DNA of 64,000 nucleotides from Escherichia coli (GTDB lineage Bacteria; Pseudomonadota; Gammaproteobacteria; Enterobacterales; Enterobacteriaceae): NCBI RefSeq assembly GCF_048403405.1, contig NZ_CP183129.1; one strand, 5' to 3'. Shown piece by piece: positions 55,788 to 64,000 of this stretch (position 1 is its first letter; each line of letters starts with the position of its first letter). The notes under the pieces were generated by a model. It saw only the letters and a program-made list of their open reading frames with translations, ran no database searches and was not told where the DNA came from. The position numbers and the translations under genes were made by a program.

Positions 55788-57119
55788 TTACCCCAAATCC
55801 GCCATCAACACTTTGGATTTACGCTGGTAGTTGTACAACTGCTTTTTGCTCTCGGGCAGTAAATCAATATCCACTGGGGTAAATCCACGTTCCTGGAACC
55901 AGTGAATACTGCGCGTGGTCAGCACAAATAATTTGCTTAAGCCGCTCTGCTTCGCCTGAGCGGCAATGCGTTCCAGCAGAACCTCGCCCCGTGATGAACT
56001 GCGGTAATCCGGGTGAACTGCCACACAGGCCATTTCCCCAATCTTCTCTTCCGGGAACGGATAGAGCGCGGCGCAGGCAATAGTCGTGTTATCGCGCTGA
56101 ATAATGGTGAATTTATCGATTTCCATCTCCAGCTGCTCGCGAGAACGGCGTACCAGAATACCTTGCTGCTCCAGCGGGCGAATCAACTCCAGAATACCGC
56201 CAATATCGTTGATTGTTGCGCGACGAATCTGCTCGGCGCTTTCCATCACAATCTGCGTACCGATACCGTCGCGTGAGAACAACTCTTGCAACAGCGCGCC
56301 ATCTTCCTGATAACTGATTAAATGACAGCGACGCACGCCGCTGCGGCAGGCTTTCACTGCGCCACGCAAAAAGCGCACCGTACCGGAGTTGTAATCGCCT
56401 TTCTCTTCCTGGGCTTCTACCCGCGCTTGCGCTTCGTTAGGGAAAAGTTCGGAGACAATATCACCGTCGTCATTAGTAACGCCCTGGGAAGAGCAAAAAC
56501 CAATCATCTTTTCAGCTTTCAGTTTGATGGCTAGTTGAGTGGCAATCTCTTCCGAGGTCAGATTAAAGCTCTCGCCAGTGACTGAAACAGCGACCGGCCC
56601 CATTAGCACTATTGCACCGCTGTCCAGTTGACGATGGATCGCGTCTTCATCAATCCGCCGGATACGCCCGCTATGGCAGTAATCCACTCCGTCATCGACG
56701 CCCAGCGGCTGGGCGATAATAAAATTGCCACTGACGACGTTGATATGCGCGCCCTGTAGCGGCGTGTTATTGAGACTCATCGACAGGCGAGCAGTAATAT
56801 CCAGTTGCAATGTTCCCGCAGCCTGCTTCACCAGTTCCAGTGTTTTGGCGTCGGTCACACGTATATTCTTGTGATACAGCGGTTCGTGGTGATGCGCAGC
56901 CAGATTTGCGTCGATCTGCGGACGTGCGCCATAGATCACCACCAGACGGATGCCGAGGCTGTGCAGCAACCCGATATCATTAACGATACTGGAGAAATTC
57001 TCATGCTCAATGGCTTCACCGCCGAGCATGATGACAAACGTTTTTCCCCGGTGGGTATTGATATAGGGAACCGAATGGCGGAATCCCTCGACCAGCTCGG
57101 TTTTACGTTCCTTTACCAC
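55788..57119 (-). CDS. argA: Amino-acid N-acetyltransferase (N-acetylglutamate synthase)
   Basis: 443 aa from GTG at 57119 ([27 protein letters not shown]...); N-terminal amino-acid kinase fold and C-terminal GNAT domain. The ORF-track extension to 57185 is not used. Confidence 0.9.
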   Translation of the reverse strand: MVKERKTELVEGFRHSVPYINTHRGKTFVIMLGGEAIEHENFSSIVNDIGLLHSLGIRLVVIYGARPQIDANLAAHHHEPLYHKNIRVTDAKTLELVKQAAGTLQLDITARLSMSLNNTPLQGAHINVVSGNFIIAQPLGVDDGVDYCHSGRIRRIDEDAIHRQLDSGAIVLMGPVAVSVTGESFNLTSEEIATQLAIKLKAEKMIGFCSSQGVTNDDGDIVSELFPNEAQARVEAQEEKGDYNSGTVRFLRGAVKACRSGVRRCHLISYQEDGALLQELFSRDGIGTQIVMESAEQIRRATINDIGGILELIRPLEQQGILVRRSREQLEMEIDKFTIIQRDNTTIACAALYPFPEEKIGEMACVAVHPDYRSSSRGEVLLERIAAQAKQSGLSKLFVLTTRSIHWFQERGFTPVDIDLLPESKKQLYNYQRKSKVLMADLG

Positions 57120-57350
57120 GGCACACCTCTTTGCATGATTATTCGAAATTAGTGTATTTTTATTCTGTTTTTTCGCAGGGTGCAAGTGTAAATTTTATGC
57201 GAGAGCGACTTTTTTATCAGTAATGCCGTGAATATAAAAAGAATGTTTACCGTTTATTAGATGACAGATTATGCGTCTTTCGCTAAAGTTTCCGGTCAAA
57301 TTAGTCGTTTACTTGTTACACAGCTTAGATTTCTTTTGCTCGGGAGAGGC

Positions 57351-58604
57351 ATGTCAGGATCCAACACTGCAATCAGCCGTCGTCGTTTACTGCAAGGCGC
57401 GGGTGCCATGTGGCTATTGAGCGTAAGTCAGGTCAGTCTGGCTGCGGTCAGCCAGGTCGTGGCGGTGCGCGTCTGGCCTGCGTCCAGCTACACCCGCGTG
57501 ACGGTAGAATCAAATCGTCAGCTGAAATATAAGCAGTTCGCGTTGAGTAACCCGGAACGCGTGGTGGTGGATATCGAAGATGTAAACCTGAACTCGGTAC
57601 TCAAGGGGATGGCGGCACAAATTCGTGCAGACGACCCGTTCATCAAGTCGGCGCGCGTCGGGCAATTTGACCCGCAGACCGTACGCATGGTTTTTGAATT
57701 AAAGCAAAACGTAAAACCGCAGCTGTTTGCCCTTGCGCCGGTCGCTGGGTTTAAAGAGCGTCTGGTGATGGACCTCTATCCGGCCAATGCACAGGATATG
57801 CAGGACCCGCTGCTGGCGCTGCTGGAGGATTACAACAAAGGCGACCTCGAAAAGCAGGTGCCGCCAGCACAAAGTGGTCCACAACCGGGTAAAGCAGGGC
57901 GCGATCGTCCGATTGTCATTATGCTTGACCCTGGCCACGGTGGCGAAGACTCCGGTGCGGTGGGGAAATACAAAACGCGCGAAAAAGACGTGGTATTGCA
58001 AATAGCTCGCCGTCTGCGCTCTCTGATCGAGAAAGAGGGCAATATGAAGGTGTACATGACGCGCAATGAAGACATCTTCATTCCGTTGCAAGTGCGCGTA
58101 GCAAAAGCCCAGAAACAGCGTGCTGACCTGTTTGTCTCTATCCATGCCGACGCCTTTACCAGCCGTCAGCCGAGCGGTTCCTCTGTGTTTGCGCTCTCAA
58201 CCAAAGGTGCAACCAGTACTGCGGCAAAATATCTGGCACAAACCCAGAACGCCTCGGACTTGATTGGTGGCGTGAGCAAAAGCGGTGACCGCTATGTCGA
58301 CCACACCATGTTCGATATGGTGCAGTCGCTGACCATTGCCGACAGCCTGAAGTTTGGTAAAGCGGTGCTGAATAAGCTCGGTAAAATCAACAAGCTGCAT
58401 AAAAATCAGGTTGAACAGGCCGGGTTTGCCGTACTAAAGGCACCAGATATTCCCTCCATTCTGGTCGAAACGGCGTTTATCAGTAACGTTGAGGAAGAGC
58501 GTAAACTGAAAACGGCGACCTTCCAGCAGGAAGTTGCGGAGTCTATTCTTGCGGGGATTAAAGCGTATTTTGCCGATGGGGCGACGCTGGCGAGAAGGGG
58601 ATGA
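57351..58604 (+). CDS. amiC: N-acetylmuramoyl-L-alanine amidase AmiC (Tat-exported)
   Basis: 417 aa from ATG 57351 (GGGAGAGG RBS); twin-arginine signal [15 protein letters not shown]; amidase_3 catalytic domain. Confidence 0.9.
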
Positions 58605-58775
58605 TGTTTTTATTTATTCAATGAATTTATATTTCGTTGAATAGATAACATTTTCATGAATATTAGATGCTGGTTTTGTGACTGATGTCGAATATTTGAA
58701 TGTCGGCTTGAAAAATAAGCCGACCATCTCTTTAATTAAACACAATTCCGTGTAATGTATACACATTAGTTAATC

Positions 58776-58804
58776 ATCTTGTAACTGTTAAATCAGGCAA
58801 GGCA
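58776..58804 (+). promoter_or_regulatory. RAT-like (ribonucleic antiterminator) element overlapping the 5' arm of the leader terminator
   Basis: ATCTTGTAACTGTTAAATCAGGCAAGGCA resembles the recalled BglG/SacY-type RAT consensus (GGATTGTTACTG.TAAAGCAGGCAAAACC) and overlaps the terminator left arm GGCAAGGCA. Confidence 0.45.
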
Positions 58805-58850
58805 ATGTTTGAAGTAATTATTACTTCTGACGTGCCTTGCCTTTTTTTTT
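58796..58850 (+). terminator. Leader intrinsic terminator immediately upstream of the antiterminator gene
   Basis: 9-bp stem GGCAAGGCA / TGCCTTGCC enclosing an inner GAAGT/ACTTC hairpin, followed by T9 (58842-58850); ends 11 nt before the ATG at 58862. Confidence 0.7.
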
Positions 58851-58861
58851 GGAGTCATGGA

Positions 58862-59686
58862 ATGATCATCGAAAAAGTCATGAACAATAATTGTGTACAG
58901 GCATCGATGAATGGACAGGAGGTTATCATTTCTGGACCTGGCGTCGGTTACAACAAAAAATATGGAATGTCGGTCCCTGAGCATCCGGCTAACCGGATTT
59001 TTTATGTCAGAAATGAACAAAAAAACAAACTCTATAAATTGATTGAACATGTAGATATTGAGTATGTGTTTGTTGCCGAAAAAATAGTGCAATATGCGGA
59101 GAAAAATCTCGAAAAAAATCTCAATCCATCGCTACTATTGATTCTTGCGGATCACATTTCGAATGCAATATCCCGAGTCGCTTCAGGTATACAAATTAAT
59201 AATGTTTTCCTTGATGAAATCAAAGCGTTGTACAAAGCAGAATATGCAATAAGCCGGGATGCATTAACCATCATCAATGAGCAATTTAGCTTTCAACTTC
59301 CGGATGATGAGATTGGTTTTATTGCATTGCATATTTTAAATAACTATGAAAATTCATCTGATTATGAATCGGTACGGATTATTGAATTATCTCAAAAAAT
59401 CACGGAGATTATCGAGGGTATTTATAACCGAAAGGTGGACAGAAGTTCATTTAACTATTCAAGATTTATGATGCACCTTAAGTATTTTTCTAATCGAGTT
59501 TTATGTAATGAAAAGATAAAACAGAAAGATATTGGTGACATCTATGAGCAGTTTCTTGAGAAAGACATCCTGTTACAGCGCGCAATTCATGAAATTGAAA
59601 GGTATCTGTATGCCACTTTTAAATATGAATTAATTTTAGAAGAAAAACTATATCTCTCAATTCGTACCAAAGTATTAATGGACTAA
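58862..59686 (+). CDS. BglG/LicT-family PRD-containing transcription antiterminator
   Basis: 275 aa from ATG 58862 (GGAG upstream); N-terminal CAT RNA-binding domain (MIIEKVMNNNCVQASMNGQEVIISGPGVGY) and two PRD-like domains with conserved His (LILADHISNAISR; IGFIALHILN). The ORF-track start at 58805 runs through the terminator and is rejected. Confidence 0.8.
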   Translation: MIIEKVMNNNCVQASMNGQEVIISGPGVGYNKKYGMSVPEHPANRIFYVRNEQKNKLYKLIEHVDIEYVFVAEKIVQYAEKNLEKNLNPSLLLILADHISNAISRVASGIQINNVFLDEIKALYKAEYAISRDALTIINEQFSFQLPDDEIGFIALHILNNYENSSDYESVRIIELSQKITEIIEGIYNRKVDRSSFNYSRFMMHLKYFSNRVLCNEKIKQKDIGDIYEQFLEKDILLQRAIHEIERYLYATFKYELILEEKLYLSIRTKVLMD

Positions 59687-59717
59687 TTATATATAACATT
59701 TATATGAGATAACCCAC

Positions 59718-61298
59718 ATGAAACAAAAGAAAGCCTGGAGTTTTTTTCAGAGCCTGGGGAAGGCATTTATGTATCCCATTGCTCTGCTAAGTGTATGTGG
59801 CATGATGCTAGGGCTAGGAAGTGGTTTAGCCAGTGATGATATGGCAAAGTTAATTCCATTTCTGGCTATTCCAATAATTAAAACCATACTTGATTTCATT
59901 GTTAGCCTTGGTTTGTTTGCCTTTGTTAATTTACCTGTATTGTTTGCGATAGCAATTCCCTTAGGATTATTAAAAGAGAAAGAGGATAAAGCCTATGGCG
60001 CTTTTTCTGGCTTAATTGGTTTTATGGCGATGCATCTGGGAACGAACTTTTATCTTAAACAGCACGACTTATTGGTCGCTGCTGACCAAATGTCGACACA
60101 TGGGCAAACCATCATTCTGGGGATCCAGTCCTACAATACCAGCGTGTTAGGGGGAATTGTTGCTGGGTTATTAGTCGCCAGCATGTATAAAAAGATCGTT
60201 AATTTACGCATTCCAGAATCATTAGGTTTTTATAGCGGCCCACGTCTGGTGCCTATCATTACACTGATTGTGATGAGTGGATTTGGTCTGATCATTCCTT
60301 TTATCTGGCCGCCGTTTTTCAATCTCTTCATGCTCATTGGCCACTGGATATCAACTTCCGGTCCTGTTGGTTATTTCTTCTATGCAGTTGCCGAACGTGT
60401 GACGATTCCTTTTGGCTTAAACCATCTGGTGACGTCAGTGTTCCGCTTTACGCCAATCGGCGGTTCGGCTGTGATTGGCGGCGAAGAGTATTACGGCACC
60501 CTGAACATGTTTATGGCGTACGTCAAAGAGAATGCGGTCATTCCGCTGGATTTGGCGGGGAAAATGGAGCAGGGCAAACTGATGATTCAGTACGGTCTGG
60601 CTGGTGCTGCACTGGCCATGTATCGCACTGCTCATGCTCAAAACAGAAAGGCTATCAAAGCATTGCTTATTTCCGGTGTGCTTACGGTTATTATTGGTGG
60701 CGTCAGCGAACCGATTGAATTTCTGTTCTTATTTGTCAGTCCGCTGCTGTTTGTCTTCCATGCCTTTATGAATGGATTCGCCAACATGGTCTTGCCATAT
60801 ATGGGCGTGAAGATGGGATTTACTGGCGATCTGATTCAATTTATTAGCTTTGGCGTATTGCGTGGCACAAGAACAGGTTGGCCGATCGCGGTGTGTGTCG
60901 AAGTGGCCTATTTCTTCATTTATTACTTTGTGTTCCGTTGGACCATTCTCAAATTTAACCTGATGACCGTAGGACGTGAAGAGTCCAGTCCTGTCACGCT
61001 GAACGCTCACGAAGAAACTGCAATAGCTAATATCCCAGCTTATGATAAATCAGAGTTGCAGGCAGCGGAGCAAATGGTTAAGGCTCTGGGTGGAAAAGAA
61101 AATATTAAATCACTGGATAATTGTGTCACTCGTTTGCGTTTAACTATCGCAGATATGGGATTGATAGATGAGGCTGCAATTAAAAGTGCCGGAGGGATTG
61201 CGGTTGTGAAACTTGATCAAAATACCTTACAAGTCATTATCGGCACTAAAGTCATCGCCCTGCGTCGGGATATGGATAACTACATGGGGATACGCTGA
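59718..61298 (+). CDS. PTS glucose-family permease, fused EIIC-EIIB (MalX/PtsG-like domain order)
   Basis: 526 aa; N-terminal LGKAFMYPIALL, EIIC signature GVSEPIEFLF, C-terminal EIIB domain with active-site Cys (LDNCVTRLRL). No EIIA domain is present. Confidence 0.85.
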   Translation: MKQKKAWSFFQSLGKAFMYPIALLSVCGMMLGLGSGLASDDMAKLIPFLAIPIIKTILDFIVSLGLFAFVNLPVLFAIAIPLGLLKEKEDKAYGAFSGLIGFMAMHLGTNFYLKQHDLLVAADQMSTHGQTIILGIQSYNTSVLGGIVAGLLVASMYKKIVNLRIPESLGFYSGPRLVPIITLIVMSGFGLIIPFIWPPFFNLFMLIGHWISTSGPVGYFFYAVAERVTIPFGLNHLVTSVFRFTPIGGSAVIGGEEYYGTLNMFMAYVKENAVIPLDLAGKMEQGKLMIQYGLAGAALAMYRTAHAQNRKAIKALLISGVLTVIIGGVSEPIEFLFLFVSPLLFVFHAFMNGFANMVLPYMGVKMGFTGDLIQFISFGVLRGTRTGWPIAVCVEVAYFFIYYFVFRWTILKFNLMTVGREESSPVTLNAHEETAIANIPAYDKSELQAAEQMVKALGGKENIKSLDNCVTRLRLTIADMGLIDEAAIKSAGGIAVVKLDQNTLQVIIGTKVIALRRDMDNYMGIR

Positions 61299-62482
61299 TG
61301 AATGTTTTTAATACCCCTATCTCCCGTAAAGGAACATATTGCACTCAATGGGACTTTTGTGAGGACAGATTTGGTGTAAAAGATGTATTACCATTTTCTA
61401 TTTCAGATATGGATCTTCCGATACCGGAAGCTATCATCAGGGCATTAAAAAAACGCCTGGAACACCCGATTTTAGGGTACAGCCGTTGGCAGCATGATGA
61501 TTATCTGAATGCGATAGTCAATTGGTATCATCAACAATATAAAACTGAAATAAAACCAGAATGGATCACCTATAGCCCAAGTGTGATGTATTCAATTGCT
61601 AAGGCAATAGAGTTATTAACATTGAATGGAGATAACATTCTCATTTTTACGCCTGTTTATAACGCATTTTTTGATGTAATTAAACAAAGTGGTCGAAATA
61701 TGCTAACAACCTCTTTGAATAAAGAAAATGAGAGAGGCTACGCTATCAACTGGCAAGATTTTGAGCTAAAAATTAAAAGCGCGAAGATGGTGTTATTGTG
61801 TAATCCTCATAACCCGACAGGAACCGTCTGGTCGGAAGAAGATCTCTTCAAAATCGCTGCAAGCTGCGCAAAACAAAAAATCTGGCTATGTTCAGATGAA
61901 ATTCACAGTGATTTTGTTTTTAACCATGGTTTCACGTCCGCGTTAAAAATAAAAAATGACAAAGTAGTGGTGTTAAATTCGATTTCGAAAACATTTAATG
62001 TTCCTGCACTAACAGGATCATATATGATATCCGCTGACCAGGATTTTAATGATAAGTTTAGAACGATATCAAGATATCGCGATTTTGTAAACTCACCATC
62101 TATATTGAATGTGATTGCTACCATTGTTGCTTATAACGAATGTGAAGAATGGTTAAAGTCGTTAAAGGATCATATTGCCTCTAACATTCAATTTACCCAG
62201 CAGTATTTGAATGAAAATATTCCAGAATTGATCGTGAGGTCCGCTGAGGGTTGCTATTTTTCGTGGATAGATTGCTCGGCCATTGGCTATCCCTTTGATA
62301 AATTTTACCGACGATTAATTGATGAAGGGAAAGTGGGTATTATGGCGGGGTATGTTTATGGTACGGAAGGTGAGGGCTATCTGCGTCTGAATCTGGCCTG
62401 CGGTCGAGAAAAATTATATATGGGGCTTGTGCGCCTTGCGAGTGTAATTAAAAATATTAATCAGGAAAAAGAAAATGAATAA
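61298..62482 (+). CDS. PLP-dependent C-S lyase / aminotransferase class I-II (MalY/PatB-like)
   Basis: 394 aa; start overlaps the EIICB stop (TGATG); PLP-lysine motif SISKTFN and class-I aminotransferase fold motifs (LCNPHNPTG). Confidence 0.8.
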   Translation: MNVFNTPISRKGTYCTQWDFCEDRFGVKDVLPFSISDMDLPIPEAIIRALKKRLEHPILGYSRWQHDDYLNAIVNWYHQQYKTEIKPEWITYSPSVMYSIAKAIELLTLNGDNILIFTPVYNAFFDVIKQSGRNMLTTSLNKENERGYAINWQDFELKIKSAKMVLLCNPHNPTGTVWSEEDLFKIAASCAKQKIWLCSDEIHSDFVFNHGFTSALKIKNDKVVVLNSISKTFNVPALTGSYMISADQDFNDKFRTISRYRDFVNSPSILNVIATIVAYNECEEWLKSLKDHIASNIQFTQQYLNENIPELIVRSAEGCYFSWIDCSAIGYPFDKFYRRLIDEGKVGIMAGYVYGTEGEGYLRLNLACGREKLYMGLVRLASVIKNINQEKENE

Positions 62483-63071
62483 CTCGGAACTTATACATCT
62501 TATTAAACATTTTATGCGTAACGAACATAAGGCCGTTGAAGAGGTTATTGATTCCCCACTTTCTGAAGTCGCTAATTTAATTAAAGTATTACAATCTTGT
62601 CAGGGTAAAGTTGTTTTTATTGGTGTTGGTAAGTCCGGTATTATTGCCAGAAAACTCGCAGCAACATTTGCCAGTACCGGAACTCCCTCGTTTTTTGTTC
62701 ACGGTACGGAAGCGGTACACGGCGACCTTGGAATGGTGGCGAAAGACGATGTTGTTATTCTTATTTCAAACAGTGGTGAGACGGCGGAAATCCTGGCGAC
62801 ACTGCCTAGTCTGAAAAGAATGGGTAATTATTTGATCTCTTTTACCCGCAGTCATCACTCATCGCTTGCGATAAGTTGTGATTTATCTGTTGAAATCCCC
62901 GTCAAAAGTGAGGCGGATAATTTAGGTTTAGCACCGTCATGCTCGTCTACTGTTGTTCTGGTTGTTGGTGATGCGGTGGCGCTTGCACTCTCCGAATTGA
63001 AAAAATTTACTCGTGCCGATTTCGGCTTATATCATCCAGGAGGTGCACTCGGCATTAAAGCAAATTCATAA
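62475..63071 (+). CDS. SIS-domain sugar-phosphate isomerase-like protein (single SIS domain)
   Basis: 198 aa; SIS signature VVFIGVGKSGIIARKLAATFASTG...ILISNSGET; overlaps the upstream stop by 8 nt. Confidence 0.75.
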   Translation: MNNSELIHLIKHFMRNEHKAVEEVIDSPLSEVANLIKVLQSCQGKVVFIGVGKSGIIARKLAATFASTGTPSFFVHGTEAVHGDLGMVAKDDVVILISNSGETAEILATLPSLKRMGNYLISFTRSHHSSLAISCDLSVEIPVKSEADNLGLAPSCSSTVVLVVGDAVALALSELKKFTRADFGLYHPGGALGIKANS

Positions 63072-63142
63072 TTTCAAAATATAAATACAGTAACCGGTCA
63101 CGCCATCTTTTGGGGTGGCGTTCATTGAAGTGAGTGTCAGCT

Positions 63143-64000
63143 ATGAAAAATGTTCTGGTCACCGTCCCCAGCTTTTCAGCACGCTGTGTTTCCGCCAGCA
63201 AGTTGCTAAGAGAGAATAATTTTAATCTTATTATTAAGAATAATGTGGAGCATCTGCTTAAATCAGAATCCACTGCATTACGAGAATCTATTTGCGCGGT
63301 CATCGCCGGAAAAGATTGTTATCAGGCGGATACGCTATCATTGCTGCCTGGTGTGAAAATAATATCGAGATTCGGGACGGGGATAGACAATATTGATCTT
63401 CGTGCGGCACAGCAATCCGGTATTGTAGTCAAAAATGCGGTTGGGATTAATTCAAATGCGGTTGCGGAATTTATCATTGGACTTATCTTTGCGAGCATGA
63501 GAAATATTCCTGGCAGCTATCATGCGATGCAAAATGGCTACTGGGTTGAGTCGCATGGCTGTGAATTACAAGGGAAACGGATTGGCCTGGTTGGCTACGG
63601 TAATATAGGTAAAACCCTGGCGAAAAGGTTGTCTGGTTTTGATGTTGAGCTTTTAGCTTTTGACAAACAACCCGATTTTCAGGCCGCTGGCAAAGATGGA
63701 GTTCAGTTTGTATCAATTGAAGATATCTTTATGCAGTCGCATGTCATCATTGTTCTTTTACCTTTTTCTCCTGAGCTGGAGAACTTCATTAGTCATAAAT
63801 ATTTGTCAATGATGCGCAATGGTGCTCTGATCATCAATGCCGCAAGGGGAAAGTTGCTGGATGAGGGCGCTTTACTTCAGGTGATTGAAGAACGAAATGT
63901 GTTTGCGGCGCTGGATGTGTTTAGCTCTGAACCGTTGGCGCAATTTAGCCCACTGCTACATGCCAAAAATATCATTACAACGCCGCATATTGCGGCCGCC
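63143..64000 (+). CDS. D-isomer-specific 2-hydroxyacid dehydrogenase family protein, 3' partial at window edge
   Basis: Open frame from ATG 63143 to the window end; NAD-binding GKRIGLVGYGNIGKTLAKRL and the downstream conserved region (LLHAKNIITTPHIAAA). Missing from the ORF track because no stop lies inside the window. Confidence 0.75.
   Translation, partial: MKNVLVTVPSFSARCVSASKLLRENNFNLIIKNNVEHLLKSESTALRESICAVIAGKDCYQADTLSLLPGVKIISRFGTGIDNIDLRAAQQSGIVVKNAVGINSNAVAEFIIGLIFASMRNIPGSYHAMQNGYWVESHGCELQGKRIGLVGYGNIGKTLAKRLSGFDVELLAFDKQPDFQAAGKDGVQFVSIEDIFMQSHVIIVLLPFSPELENFISHKYLSMMRNGALIINAARGKLLDEGALLQVIEERNVFAALDVFSSEPLAQFSPLLHAKNIITTPHIAAA

Noticed and set aside
57120-57350. Possible ARG box (ArgR operator) in the argA-amiC divergent promoter region
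   Set aside because: A GTGAATATAAAAAGAATG segment is AT-rich and partly palindromic, but I could not match it convincingly to the 18-bp ARG box consensus by eye.
58702-58724. Hairpin GTCGGCTT-N7-AAGCCGAC about 100 bp downstream of amiC as an amiC terminator
   Set aside because: No clear T-run follows on either strand; it may be a terminator, part of the downstream operon promoter or a junction remnant, so it is not annotated.
58805-59686. 293-aa ORF-track call for the antiterminator starting at 58805
   Set aside because: That start would translate through the leader terminator hairpin and T9 tract; the CAT domain begins at ATG 58862, which has a GGAG RBS.

Overview
This window reads as an Escherichia coli-type chromosomal segment with three parts. 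(1) nt 1-~20500: an AT-rich type III secretion island matching the described ETT2 locus (partial ATPase eivC, eivI/J, epaO-S, etrA, eprH-K, OrgA/OrgB-like genes, regulators ygeK/ygeH/yqeH/yqeI, chaperone ygeG, lytic transglycosylase pbl). All apparatus ORFs inside the window look uninterrupted. (2) nt ~20700-58600: a conserved core block yqeF-kduI-kduD-araE-ygeA-lysR-lysA-galR-omrA-omrB-aas-lplT-tas-ygdR-ygdQ-mutH-(DnaA-box cluster, DARS2-like)-rppH-ptsP-lgt-thyA-ppdA-ppdB-ygdB-ppdC-recC-ptrA-recB-recD-argA-amiC. Every gene is intact except recB, which is split by a 1-nt deletion in a G homopolymer near nt 51259-51264. (3) nt 58605-64000: an AT-rich accessory sugar-utilisation operon that runs off the window end: a RAT-like element and leader terminator, a BglG-family antiterminator, a glucose-family PTS EIICB, a MalY/PatB-like PLP lyase, a SIS-domain isomerase and a 2-hydroxyacid dehydrogenase. 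This operon is the best candidate for an uncharacterised system; the T3SS island is a known locus. No CRISPR array, rRNA, tRNA, transposase or integrase was recognised. All assignments are by eye from the six-frame translations and the DNA, with gene symbols from recollection of E. coli gene order; nothing was searched against a database.
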